Shown here in pieces: positions 27,601 through 40,589 of a DNA stretch of 64,000 nucleotides (the stretch's first letter is position 1; every line of letters begins with the position of its first letter). Under the pieces are notes generated by a model, which did no database searches, had not been told where the DNA came from, and was given only the letters and a program-made list of their open reading frames with translations. The translations under genes and the position numbers were made by a program. Source of the stretch: Takakia lepidozioides (lineage: Eukaryota > Plantae > Bryophyta); contig CM060732.1 of assembly GCA_030704615.1 (NCBI GenBank), positions 8,370,001-8,434,000 on the forward strand, given 5' to 3'.

Positions 27601-28549
27601 TCCTGAGCTACCCCACTTACCTAAGATCATCACAAGCTGGAGGATACAGCTTCTTCTATATAAAGTGGAATTAACCACCTCTTCTCATACGGAGATTCAA
27701 ACTTGTTACCTACCACTCAGTATCACATGGAACACATCACCAACCATCTAGTGATCCTCTCCTCCCTCTACTTCACACTTGTTTGCTGCTTGGACTCCCA
27801 ATGTCACAAGCAACCATCCGTCAAGTTATTAAGGTGAGGACTCGCTACCTGTTATGACGCTTTGACTTCAAGGTAGCTGTTTTTGGAGGCTGTATGCAGG
27901 TTGCTGTTCTACTTATGAACCAAGGAGCACGCACCAATGACAGCAAGACAGAGATGTTCTGTACTGTCAGGGGAGTCTACAAGCTTCTGATACTATTCTT
28001 TCTAAGGCCCATTCTTAACTGGTTTTTAGACACACCAGAGAGACGACCTGTGTTATGACTAGCTGTGATCTCTTTACAACAAGACCTTTGTTTTTTGGAC
28101 ACAAAAAAACTATGTCTTTTAGCATTACTTCTACATATGCCAGGTTTACAGGATATGTGTGAAGATCTGTCATGTCTGGTCTGGTCTGGATCTGGTCTGG
28201 ATCTGGTCTGGTTGATACTGAAGCAGTGACTCAGGGTAATCCTACACAGTCAGCAAGTGGGCCCTCTGGTTTCTGATTGCTATACTGTCCAGACAATTGA
28301 CATACCTATTAAATGAGCGAAGCTTTGAATGATCTTACTATGAAGCAGGGTAAGTGACCAATTTGTTACTCCTGTAAATGTTCAAGGCCTTTTTAGAAAA
28401 AAAACAGAGACCTTACAGCTTTGTAAGATCTATATTTTCTTGAAAAAACTACTTTGCTCATTTTTCTGCTGCGTAAGAACTTACAACAGGTAAATGTCAG
28501 CCTAGGCGCACAACTGTATTCTTGGTAATCATGCCCAGTAGCTTAGTTT

Positions 28550-29136
28550 ACTACTCACTAAACAGGGTGAGGACTAAACCCTTATATGGTTTCTCATTAT
28601 TGATGACATGATGCCTTCAGACATTTGATATGAATGGTTTCAATGTGAAACAGGGTTAGAGACCACGCTGTCCTTCCTGGAAAAATTTGTAAACCATCCA
28701 GACATAGACTTTACAGCTATGAGGGAGGTCTATGCATTTCTAAAGGCTTTATTGTTCATCTATGATGCTGGATTTAACAGATATATGACTGTCAAAAACC
28801 TGTTGTAAAAATCTTTGAACAGGCTGACATATACCTGTATTAAGTCCTTATGCAGCAGAAAATAGGATCAGTACTCACTAACAGAGTGAGGGCTCAATCC
28901 TCGTTTTTCATTTTGATGACATGAGGCTTTCAGCCGTATGATATGAATGGTTTCAATATGAAACAGGGTAAGAGACCACACTGGCCCTCCTGGAAAAACT
29001 TGTAAACCATCCAGACATAGACCTTACAGCGATGAAGGATCTCTATGCATTTCTGAATGCTTTTTTGTTCATCTTTGATGCTGGACCTGACAGATATATG
29101 TTTGTCAATAACCTGTTGTAAAAAGTCTTTGAACAG
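28550..29136. repeat. Tandem duplication, ~270-320 bp units
   Basis: tactcactaa...ttgtaaaccatccagacataga...acctgttgtaaaa..tctttgaaca occurs twice. Confidence 0.8.
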
Positions 29137-29719
29137 CACTACAGTTGGTACACAGGATATAAGAAAACCAATTTTTCTTGAATGGTTTTACTTTACAATT
29201 GTTGTGACTGGTTTTTACAGATAAGAAATAGTTCTACAGAGCAGTCCAGAAGCTTCGTGTTTTCGGATCCCTGGATCACTGGCCTGATCACACTGTCTTG
29301 ACCCGCACCTGGAAAGGAGAATGATTTGGAGGCCCAAATCGAACTTGGTGTGTTGGGTTCTGGTTCAAGAGTCAGGGGGCGTGGAATTGGTTGGCTGTGG
29401 CTGAGCATAGCCACGACAGTCATAAATTGTTACGACTTGTGGCTTCTCAGGCTTGGCAGAGCCCGAACGTGATAGAGGTTGGTGATCTCTGAAGGTAAAA
29501 TTCATAATTTACGACGAGTTCACCTAATGCTCGTTGGTTGCGATCTGGTAGAAATAGAGTCACTGCTCCAGTGTCTGCCTCAGTGTTATCTCCAGTAGTG
29601 GTGCATAGAGACAGGGTCTTTGAAGAATCTGAGTTGATTTCTATGGAGGAGGGCTTTAGCAATGTTTCTGGTAGAGGAAGACCGGGGGTCTCGGACCGGC
29701 TACTGCCAGTGGACCTGGC

Positions 29720-32480
29720 TTGGGCAGTAGGATGCGGGATATTTTGGGTGATGCAGGTGGTACGAGAAACAACCTGTATGCTACCAATTTTTGTGCTCAA
29801 GGTGTGGGCGAATCAGGCCATGTGGGCAAATTACCTGCAGGGCCGCCAGGCTTCTCGATTTCAATACCCACACAACCCGAGCATTTACGTGATGATGCCA
29901 TGCATGGTAATTCTAACCTGAGGGAAATTTCCAGGTATGCAGCCCTTGACCCTTGTTCTTTGCATGTAGGTAGTGAGTCTGCATGGCCGGCCTCTGTGTG
30001 TAGCCAAGTGCTCACACAAGGCCAGCCTGCACTTCAGTCATGGTCCACCCAACTGACTGTGCTACCTCTCTCCCGAGCTATGGGAGAGGTGGCAGTACAT
30101 GAGGAAGGGAGTAGAAGGTCTGGTCATGAAAATTTTGGAATTCAGCCTGTGGTTTCCAATGGGCAGATATATCATGTTGCTCCAGTAGTTACTTATCCGT
30201 ATCCTGAATATCACATGGGGAAGAAAAGAGAGAACTTCTTGGAATTGTTTGAGGTCAGTGCTAGAATGAACAAAGCCACTGAAGAAGTCATGATGGGCAC
30301 CTTTCGCATGAGCATGCAAGGGAAAGCCAATGATCTTCTTCATGTCGCTTTGAGTGGTGAACCCAATCTCACCTGGGAGAAGGTCAAGAGAAGAGCCCTC
30401 ATGATATTCAAACCTGCAGAGAGACCCCTGGACAGTCTTGATAAATTGTGTGACCGGCCATACAAAGAGGGTGAGTCTCTTTTGGACTTGAGGGCTGCTG
30501 CTACTGAGAATGTCCCTGAGGATCTTGAGGGGCATGCCTGCTGAGGTAAAGGCTTGGGGTCAGCATGTTCAAGGATAGTGATGGCTTAGGGACCTGGCTG
30601 AAGCAGAGATGGGCTCTTGAAGCAACTTCTTACTCAGTTCACAATGAAGAGCTTTGAAGTTGGTGGATAAATGGCCTTGGTAGTTGACCTTTTGTTTTCG
30701 GGATTTCCAAAGTCCTTGTGATAGTGATCCCCCACACCCGAAACCCTGGGAGACCTCACTTGTTAAAGGCTATTTGCCTTTCTGAAACGCTTGCAGCATG
30801 GCAGGAAGATCAGGTTGGAAGGGGCAGAACTTCGTAGTATGATTGGGGTCTTTGCAGATCTAACAGGGAGCATGCCTACCTTGGTAGGAAGCTCCTGTCT
30901 GTGTTTTGCCCCGATTGTTAGCTCCACTGGAATCTGCCACAACAGCAGACTTTGGCCCTTATTCAGGAGGTTCCTGACTTTAAGGCGTATGTAAAGGGTT
31001 TTATTCCAGTGACGACAAAGTTGGAACTGGTTTTAGCAGAGGCGAGAATAGGCTCTCTTTCTCTCGTTCGTCGTCGTTCATTTCGTTACGGCGCCAATTT
31101 CCGAGCTATGTATGTCAAATCCGCGCACTTGCATCATATGCGCGGCAGGTGTGTGGAATGGAGGGTTTGGGGATGTGCGAGCGGTGGTAGTGCCATTGAA
31201 GTCAGTTTCAAGATTCCAGTCATGGTATAGAAAGCAAAAGCTAGAAATGACCTTTTTGTGAACCCAATAGTTCAAAGTATATGTTGAAGTGAGGTTCTGA
31301 TTGTCTGTGGCAGATTCTCTCGCCCGGCACGACGGGCACAGACCCTGATTTTCAGCAGATTTGTGGTCTGGCATGAGGTGCGTTGAATCAACTTTGGATA
31401 CAATTGATGTCTTTTTGCTCAGTCATTTATAGTTTCTGCCTTGAGTGGATCGATTGGTTCTTCATATAGCGTGGTGCTATCCTGCCTCACCCTCACCGTA
31501 CAGCTGTTGAAGCATCCCGTTATTGAGGAAGCTTTCATTTCCCTCAACACACCTTGAAGAAAGGATAGTTTCAAGCCTACGAGGTTCATGACGATGCTTG
31601 ACCATGCTCACATCAGAGGAAACTTTTGTACCTTTTATTTTGGTAGACATTCAGGGCTCGTATTCAGTTTGTGTCTACTCATAAGTATTTGGATTGAGGC
31701 TGGACACTATCCACAGGTGACCATTACACAGGAGGTTATGCATCTATATAATCATGACTCTTGATGTTGGGACCTTCTCTTATGCAGGAGGATGGAGTCC
31801 CCATCATTGCTTTCCGAATTGCAAATATCCGAAAACTTCAGATCATTGAGGTGGGCATGGCTGGCTGGTGGTAGTTGGTCTGCATTGCGTCAGTTGTCCG
31901 TATGCTTTTGTCACTGATCTCATCTACGATCGGTTGATATGAGACCATACGGTCTTGTTTTGGTTTGTACATTAATGTGCCAGACTTTCTGAATGTGCTA
32001 ATGTGGTAGAATCTCTCGTGCAAAAGGCAAGCAAAAGCAGTTCTGAAGTTTTTGATTATTACTGCTGTGGACAAGAACCTCAATTTTGACACTGGAAGGT
32101 TTGGCTGTTGGATGGCAGGCTAGTGTGCGGTTGCTTGTGGGGCTCAACAATACCTTGAGTGATGAGGACGAAAGCATGTTTCATTTCACTTCCCTTCCGG
32201 TCTGTATTCACATCTTCTCTGGCATGCCGAGACAATTCTGGGCATAAGTGTTGTGCTGTTTATTGATCATAGTTGTCTTTTTACACCCATTTCAATCACA
32301 ACGACTACTCACTACTCCCCTAACCACCAATGTGTCTCTGCCTCAACATGATTGAGAGTGGTGAACTATGGCACAGGTGATTGGAGGGAGCCAGGTATTT
32401 TTGGGGCTCCCGTGTACAGTGAAGCACCCCGTCACCGCTACCAGCCCCCTTTATGGTTTGACCATTGAGGTATGTTGGTT
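29720..32480 (+). mobile_element. Degenerate LTR retrotransposon: gag-like ORF (29720-30544) followed by decayed pol-like sequence
   Basis: ENFLELFEVSARMN...FRMSMQGKA...LTWEKVKRRALMIF...YKEGESLLD resembles the retrotransposon gag domain. The downstream sequence is heavily decayed and the LTRs are not resolved. Confidence 0.55.
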
Positions 32481-33059
32481 TCCCCTCTCTTGATAGTCAA
32501 AGATGTTTTTGAAGGTGCTTTATATAGGAGCTGCTAACTTCCCAGCAAACATGGTGCATCATAAATAAGAAACAAAGGAAAGAAAGCCAAATCTACAATT
32601 CGAAGAAGCTGGAAGGCCCCAACACACAAGCATGGCAAATAACCACAGAAAAGCAAACTGTAAAACCACAGATCAAAGATGTACCCACGCAGTGAGAAAA
32701 GTTGGACTGCCCCATGCGAGTGAGCTGTTAGGCACATCTATTCATAGATAAAGGTCTTGTAGAGAGAAGAAGATGGCCCGCAGCTGATCTCTTCTGGTTG
32801 TGTACGGTTATGTCTTGGGACCTGTGCCACCTCAAATATTCTGCTTGAACTCCCAACTTATCCTTTCTGTTATTTTGTATGGTCACTGACTTGGAGTCCC
32901 TGAGGCTATTACTGTCCTCTGGCGACCTTCATTGAGAAGTTTGGTGTTAAATGACATGTGCACTGGATGATTTGTACAGTTCTCTGTATGTGTAGCTAGA
33001 GTATGGACTCCGGTACTTATGTCTGTCTCTTGCATAAGTGCATCAATATGAAAGGGCTG

Positions 33060-33900
33060 GAAGTCGGAATATGTCTAAGTGAAATGTGGTATCCTGGAGT
33101 TCAATGATTGCAGCATATGCCCAGCATGGGATGACATCAGGTACAATTCCAGCTTTCATGATGTCTTCATGGACCTTTTTCCCTTTTCCAGAGGGCTGCT
33201 AGGCTGGCACACACAATTCAAACACAAATGAATGTAATCTGGTCCGGCTTCACCCTTTTCCACATCATCTACTCATAGGTCTCCAAAGCCTCCATCCCAC
33301 ACCCGTGCCGGGAATATCCTGCAATCATTGTGTTCCATGACACCACATTTCCACACTGTCAAACACTCCCTTTGCATCTTTGATGCTGCCGCATTTGGCA
33401 TACATGTCCACGAGGCTATTGTTCAGAATGACATCAGGTACAATTCCTGCTTTCGTGATGTCATTATGGACCTTTTTTTCTTTTTCCAGGGTTGCTAGGC
33501 TGGCACATGCATTGCAAATGCAAATGAATGCAACCTGGTCTGGATTCACCCCTTCCCACATCATTTGCTCATAGGTCTCCAAAGCCTTCATCCCACACCC
33601 ATGCTGGGCATATCCTATAATCATTGCACTCCAGGGTACCACATCTCGCTTACTCATACTGTCGAACACTCCCTTTGCATCTTCGATGCTCCCCACATTT
33701 GGCATACATGTTCACCAGGGCAATGTACAGAATGACATCTGGTATAATCCCAGCTTTGATGATGTCAGCATGGACCTCTTTGGCTTTTTCCTGGCGCTCG
33801 CACATGCATTGCAAACACAAATAAATGCGACCTGGTCTGGCTTCACCCCTTCCCACATCATTTGCTCATAGGTCTTCAAAGCCTCCATCCCAGGAATGGC
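33060..33900 (-). pseudogene. PLS-class PPR gene fragment (about three ~300-bp P-L-S triplets) with frameshifts and stops
   Basis: LVDMYAKCGSIKDAKGVFD, DVVPWSAMIIGYAQHGCGMKALETYEQM, GVNPDQVAFICICNACASL. Confidence 0.88.
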
Positions 33901-36524
33901 AACCTTCTGTCAATCAATCCCATCTAGTTCAATTCATCACAACGCTAGCTCATGATCAAAGACGTATGCAGCTAACGGCATGATGGTCTTCACTAATTCA
34001 CTAGCACCTGCGTTTCATAAGCTTCTGATCCACCATGAACAATGACTTATAAGATCTTCGGTATATGATGGAAAATCAATCCCCAAGCTCGACTGACCTG
34101 CAGGTTTATGACAATGGCTCATGATCAAGGCGTGCAGACCAATTTCTCCCTGTCCACTTACTCCTAACGGCCTGCAATTTTACTGTGGGGCCTTATTGCC
34201 AGACTGTTCGCTGCCCTCACGCACACTCCAGCACTCCAACTCCACTGGTATGATAGGCTCTCTTGTTTCGTCCCACGCAACCTCTTCTATTGCCAAGTTC
34301 TGGTTGCGGTCTGCTAGGTAGCCCACGCCTCATACTATACAGCGTATTGATGGCCGTCTACACATTAATTAATGTCTTGCGAGGGCGTACCACAGCTGCC
34401 GAAGCCTCTATCCGGCTCCACCGTCTGGACGTCCTCTGCCCTGCTTATGCGCACTAGTATATCCACTGGTTGGAAAGGCTTCAGGAATTTTCAAGTGGTT
34501 CGTGAAGATGGCCAAGAAGCAGCCACGATATTAGCCTTCGTGTGCAACTTGCCTGCGAACCACTTCCAGCTATGCTCAATTGGAGCCTCGAGCCAGAATT
34601 TCGAGAAAAAGTCGAGTTCTTCTCCCTGCCGCTGTACTTTTTCACCTCCGCCTTCAGCTCCTAGTTCGCCATTGTTGGCGGCCGCTCGTGCATGAGCCGT
34701 AGCATCTAGCCGTAGCATGAGTCGTAGCAGGTCATAGCATTCACTTTTAACAAATATTCTTCTCAATGAAGGCTAGCAGGTTTCAACGATCAGTGCCCAC
34801 CACGGAATCACTTCAACGCTCGGCAACCCTGCAGTCCTCCTCACATATGCACACCTCGATCATGTAGGTTGGAAAACTGATTTGTGTGGTGGTGATCAGC
34901 AGGTCGACGAACCCACACAGTTATCTGGCAGGGCTGTCCCAGCCACGGCAATTGGGTCAGGTGCATCAGACCATCAATGTTACATTCGTGATTTGCCATA
35001 GCAGCATTAGACTTTCTTCACCGCCGCTGTCATGCCATTGCGAAATATTCAGATCTAACAAGCCAGGTTTCGTTCCAAGATTCACACCCGCCTTGTCACG
35101 ATCACCATAAAAGTCACTATCACCTTCCTTCTCCACAAATGTTGTGCAGTTCGTAATATCAGAAACCAGCTTGCCACTTGCGAGACGTTCTCAAAGTGCA
35201 AAGTCGTCTGAATTCCACATAGAACCGAAAGAGGTCCAGAGCCTCGGGCAAAACACAACAAGTCTTACCCAAGAAAAGAAGTTTACCGTCGACAACTACG
35301 AGCTGATTTGTCTGCACAACTGCAGCTCCTGCTTCGTATATACAGAGCCTACTACGAGGCTGTCCAAGCCTCCATCTCGCCTCTTATTTAGCATCCTGTG
35401 TGCCTCCCGTGCACAACATCGTACCGGACTACAAACGAAACGAGCAACAATGACTTCTATCTTAACCACTCATTACGAGTTGTGCTTTCCCTACTTCAAA
35501 TATCATCGACATAGTGCTAACATAAAAGAAATCTATCTAGCTTAGCACTACAAAACTAGACAGATCATCTCTCAACTTCACCCACAGACAACAAGCGTTA
35601 ACCTAAGACTCACACCTTGCACTCACAAGCATGAGAACCATCTTTCTCGAGTGAGAAGATGCACAAAACCAAACCAACGTTTCACTTATAAAATAAGAAT
35701 CAAGCCCATTGCATCCCAAGGCTTTGGGGAATCAACGGTACAAAACGCCATAGCTGAGCTGACAGACGAAGATGAGCCTCACTGAGTCGGCCGCGAGGAT
35801 AACTCCCCCAAGGACCCATTATTACTTTGGCCCTGGATTGACACTTGGGCAAACTCAAGTGTCAATACGTAACAACTAGTTATTTCGTAGCTAGTTCACA
35901 CTAGCTACCTTAAACTAGATAGTTTACTAACTAGTAATTTAACTATTTTTGGTGTGGGGGAGTTGTCGTTCTGATTTCTTGTGTTTGGATCCCCTCCATA
36001 CCTGCATGCTTGACTGTGCGCCATGCTAGTTTTGTGTGGGCGCTTGTTTTTATAGGTGATTGGTCCGGATTTGATCACCGGCCAGTCCTAGGGCATGCTG
36101 TCGATGGTGAGGCTGGGGTGATGACCAGCCAGACCATCATTGTTTCTCCTGTGGTGAGGTTGGAGGTGATGACCAGCCAACCATAGGAGTGCTTGCGGTG
36201 GATGCAGGTACAGGTGTAGGCTATGTTATGAACTTAGTATTCCAAACCATAAGCCGCAACAGGTTCTCTACCCGGTTACCTTGTGGAGAGGGGGTTAGGG
36301 ACATGTTCATGACCGGTTGAGTGTCAACACGGAGGTGCCACTAGTTGCTGGGGACAGTGCCGGTTCGAGCACTAGCGATACTAGTGGGTACACGAGACGA
36401 GGTGTGCGGTTTAGGCCACCTTCACCTCCTGTGTCTTCTAACGGAAGGTTCTGATTCGGATTGTGAATCAGGAGGACTCATACCGGCGGTGCAAGTTGTT
36501 TCTTTGCCATTGTTGTGGGACACA

Positions 36525-37620
36525 ATGGAGGAGATGTATGGAGCTACCAAGGGGCCACGAAGGTACTCTGGGGGCGGTGGGCACCATCGAGTTGGATGAT
36601 TTTATCCAAGAGTTTGATAGTTGGTGTGATTTGCAGCAAATGCGCAATCCACAACTATTTACGCCTTTCATGGCATGGAAGGGGCTGTTTCAGCACCTTG
36701 AGGGCCGCCTATGGATGATTACCATGAGTTCAGGCGGGGGCATGAGGTTGAGATCGAGGAGTGGAGGATGTACTGGTCACCCGACTATGTCTCCATCACT
36801 AGGGGCACTAGAGCCACGAGGGCAGTGGCTACACCTGCCGCTGCACCGGCAGCTTCAGCAAGTAGCAGTGGGACTGGTGGTACAGTAGCTACGACGTCCA
36901 CCCAAGCCACTACCGCACCAGCACTAGCACCCGTGCCTGCCTTCAACCCTGTTGTGGAGTTCTTCGAAGAGTTGAGAGGGAACTACCAAGGGGTGAGGAC
37001 AGAGAAGTTGCGGAGCTTGCAAGAGTTCCAACGGAAGCCGACCGAGAGCTTGAGGGAGGCTTTCACTCGCATGAGGCGCTTGATAAATGTAACCCAAGGG
37101 GTTACGGAAGCTCAGGCAGTCCAATTCTGGTATGGGATATTGGACAAGGAGCTGAGGAGAAGGGTGCGGGATGCAACTCTCCTACAAGCGGCCCAACCCA
37201 CCTTAGCAAATGTGTTTTTGCTGGCAGAGCGGATAGAGCTCAACATGGTGGAGGAACGAGTGGTCATGGTGGGATTTGCTAAGGAGACACCACGGGGTAG
37301 TGGTGCTCCTAGCCAACCACTACCTCAACGTGCTCAAGGCAACAAGGGGGCTCAGGTGAAGCTCAGGGAAGGGCAGAGAGGACCTCAGATGCAGGGGTCT
37401 CTCCCTTCATTTGCTGGCCAACAACGGGCGGATGTGGTGTGCTGGACATGTGGAGGACCCCATGTCAAGAAGGATTGCCCAGAGGGAGGCAAAGGGCGGC
37501 ACATGCACAGCCTGCACAGTTGCAGTGTGGGCATTGTGGCAAGCACGGGCATGGAGAGGCCCAGTGTTATGGTTTGCATCCTGAGTTGCGCCCAGGCCAG
37601 TTCCAAGGGAACAATGGTGG
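36525..37620 (+). CDS. gag: Gag with two zinc knuckles (frameshifted)
   Basis: ELDDFIQEFDSWC...FQRKPTESLREAFTRMRRL; CWTCGGPHVKKDC and CGHCGKHGHGEAQC. Confidence 0.85.
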
Positions 37621-38479
37621 CCGGGGGCGAGGTGGAGCAGCCCAGAGGGACGAGGTGGCCAGCCACGAGGCCAAGGGCAAGCTCAACGTGGCCAAGGACG
37701 CGGAGGTCAGGGTGTTGACCAAGGCATGGCCAACCGGCTTCAGCAGCTAGAGCAGAGGCTCGCTGCCATGGCTACAGCTCAGGTGGTACCGGCTCTAAGG
37801 CCGGATGGTCCACCTCCTGCTCCTGAGGGAGGAGATATGGGAGGCATGGGATTCATGTGTGGAGCAGCACTACCACTAGTGCAGGTGGAGTCTGCTGCAG
37901 CCGTGACTCGAGGAGCAGCACGAGTTCCTGAGCCACGAGGTGCAGAGGTGGAGTTGGATCCACAGCGTGGGGAGGCAAGCCGTCAGGCTAGGCTTCCTCA
38001 GTCATTCACATTGGCGGAGACAGTGTCGACGCCATCCATGGCACCTAGTTCTCGCCCGACTGTTACCGAGGCGGAGGTTACTATGCCATTGGGGAGAGCT
38101 ACACGGGTAGCACCACTACCTAGTGTTGCCAAGGCTACGGCAGCTAGTGTGCTGCTAGGAGCGGCCACATCTGTGTGCCAGGCTCCATTGTTCTCGGCTA
38201 CCATGATTGCGACGCCGGGGGTAAGACCAGCTGAGGTGTTTCAGGCTGGCAGCTACACTCTGTGAGAGTGGGGAGGTTACTTCATCTTCTGCGGAGATAG
38301 TGGGAGGTGTAGTGCCGGAGGGATCCTCGGATTTGAGGGTCAAGACTGCCACGGCGGCGCCATGGCAAGCTGCAGCTGCCAGGTTGATGGAGCTGCCAGC
38401 TAGGCCAGCCATTGAGCGCCATGGTGACACCTGGAGTTGTCATGTTAGACAACCAGGATGGCATTTTCTGTTTGAGTGG

Positions 38480-38880
38480 ACCGGCAGGCAAGAGGTACCG
38501 GCCACTGCGGGTCTTGTTGGACTCGGGAGCTCAGCCATTGATGCTGGGCAGAGCTGCTATTGCAGGCTTGGGCCTCACGGAGGCGGATATGGAGCCTTGT
38601 CCTTTCCAGATACAGACGTCTCTGGGAGGATCGGAGCAGGCTCGGGGCATGACACGGCGTGAGTTGGCTATCAGACTACGGCCGGATCACCCTACAGATG
38701 GCTCAGTGATGCGAGCCAAGGCCATTGTGACAGACGCAGTCTCATACGATGTCCTGGTTGGTGGGGCAGTGTTGTACCCCATGGGCTTCACCCTGGATTT
38801 TTGGGAGGAGTCAGCTTCCTATAGGCCTGCATGGCAGTCAGGGGAGGGCCGGCGTGTGCAGCTCCCTGTGACGTTCATAG
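38480..38880 (+). CDS. Retroviral-type aspartic protease
   Basis: RVLLDSGAQ ... YDVLVGGAVL. Confidence 0.88.
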
Positions 38881-39228
38881 GAGGAGTTGCGGTTGCCCAG
38901 CGAGGCAAGATGCCGACACTAGCAGCATTCACAGCGGCAGTGAGTTGGCCTAGAGAGTTGCTTGAGGGCAATGCTCATTCAGAGGATGTACCACCTCCGG
39001 GAGAGCAGGATGACATGTATGGTATGGCGGAGTTGCCTACCATGGTTGCTCAGACTCCATTGTGGGGCACGAGCAAGGATTTGCAGCGGGATGCTGATCG
39101 ACGGGTGCAACAAGCCTGGGTGGAGGCTTTTGTACCGTCAGGAGAGGAGGAGAGTGTGGGGATTGCACCAGGACCACCTCAATTGTCTCCATTGGACACC
39201 ACACCTATTGTGTGGCAGTCTCCGGATG

Positions 39229-40175
39229 AAGGCATTTGTCTTCTGGACTTGTTTGGCGGGATCAGCACCGGATTGGCTGCTGTGTTACAGGCAGGTGTAC
39301 GAGTTCGGCGTTACCTATGTGGAGAGGGATGAGACTGCACGACGCGTTTCACTTCGCCATGTTGCTCAGTTGGTGCAGCGGTACCCTGAGTTGTTGTCGG
39401 TGTCTGCAATTCGTGGATATCAGCAGGCCTTGCCAGCAGACATTTCGTTGCTGGGGGCGCAGGATTTGGAGCGGGTTGGCTCCATTGATCTGGTAGTGGC
39501 AGGTTGGCCCTGCCAAGGGCATTCATCAGCCGGGCATGGCAATGGATTGCGAGACTCGAGGTCGGGTCTGTTTTGGGAGATGGTGCGGGTTTTGCGCCAC
39601 TTGCAGCTTCATCAAGCTGTATCTCCAGCATACATCTTGGAGAATGTGCCACTGATGGGCGATTCTCGGGCCAGGGTGATGGCCAGTGTGCATCAAGTCC
39701 GGTCGTGGCTTGGGTCAGCAGTTTGCTAGATGCAGCTACTGTGGGTCACGGGCTCATCGTCCACGGCTATGGTGGACTAACATGATGCCACCCGCACTGC
39801 TCAAGCGTGCATTTGATGGGGTGCAGCGGCCAGCACATCTCACAGTGGATAACATTCTGGACACAGGGAGGCAGTCTCAACGTGTGAGACACGATGACCG
39901 TTCGCCTTTGGCAGTGGTCAACAAGGTGGGTCAACCACGAGCAGCATTACCTACACTGCTCAGCTTCCCAGGATCGCATGCTTTCCGGGATAGTGGACCT
40001 GGCCTCCTGTGGGATGCTCAGTTGCAGCAGTTAGTGGAGCCTAATGCTGACGAGCGTGAGCGGGCAATGGGTTTTACCACTGGTACCACGGCGGTGTCGT
40101 CTCTTTCTGAGGCATCACGTCGTCAAGTGTTGGGGCAAGCAATGGATCTCAATTGCTTGACCTGGATTATCAGCT
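39229..40175 (+). CDS. C5-cytosine DNA methyltransferase domain, DNMT3-like, embedded in the polyprotein
   Basis: Motif I LLDLFGGISTG, II YVERD, IV DLVVAGWPCQGHS (catalytic PC 39508-39513), V RSGLFWE, VI YILENV, VIII DAATVGSRAHRPRLWWTN, IX ERERAMGF, X RRQVLGQAMDL. Confidence 0.93.
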
Positions 40176-40473
40176 TGGCTCTGCTGAGCAACGCAGAGTG
40201 CGGAATACACTTCCCTCAATGGTCTCTCTGCCTACCGAGACGGTACAGGCAGTGAGTGGGGGCGAGCATGTGAGGACCACGGGGTGCATGCATCCATGGC
40301 ACACGTGGGAGGTGCTCGAGGTTCAGAGGGAGTTGGCAGCCAAGGCGGCTGTGATGGATGAGGTTGGGGATTCTTCTCGGTTGAGGAGGTCCTCAAGGAT
40401 GAGATGATGGGGGCAGGATGAGGCCTTGTCATTGACTGAGCAGGCAGGGAGTACTGCTCAAGAGGTTGCAGCA

Positions 40474-40482
40474 TAGCAACCA
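40474..40482 (+). other. Candidate stop-codon readthrough signal UAG-CAA-CCA
   Basis: In-frame TAG between DNMT and RT, identical at 53546-53554 in copy 2, matching UAG-CAR-YYA. Confidence 0.6.
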
Positions 40483-40589
40483 CGGGACGCGTCCTCTACC
40501 TCTAAGCCCACTGGACTTAAGGTTGTAGTTACGGAGGACAATTGGGAGCCTGACATTGGACCCATTGTCACCGGGAGAGAGACGACGTA

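Noticed and set aside
35990-35994. tcccc as the 5' TSD of the DNMT element
   Set aside because: It matches 44559-44563 but is not followed by a TG or any terminal repeat, so it is probably chance.
39229-40175. Host DNMT3/DRM gene or bacterial contaminant methyltransferase
   Set aside because: It is intronless, lies between protease and RT, is repeated in a second element copy, and is surrounded by plant genes.
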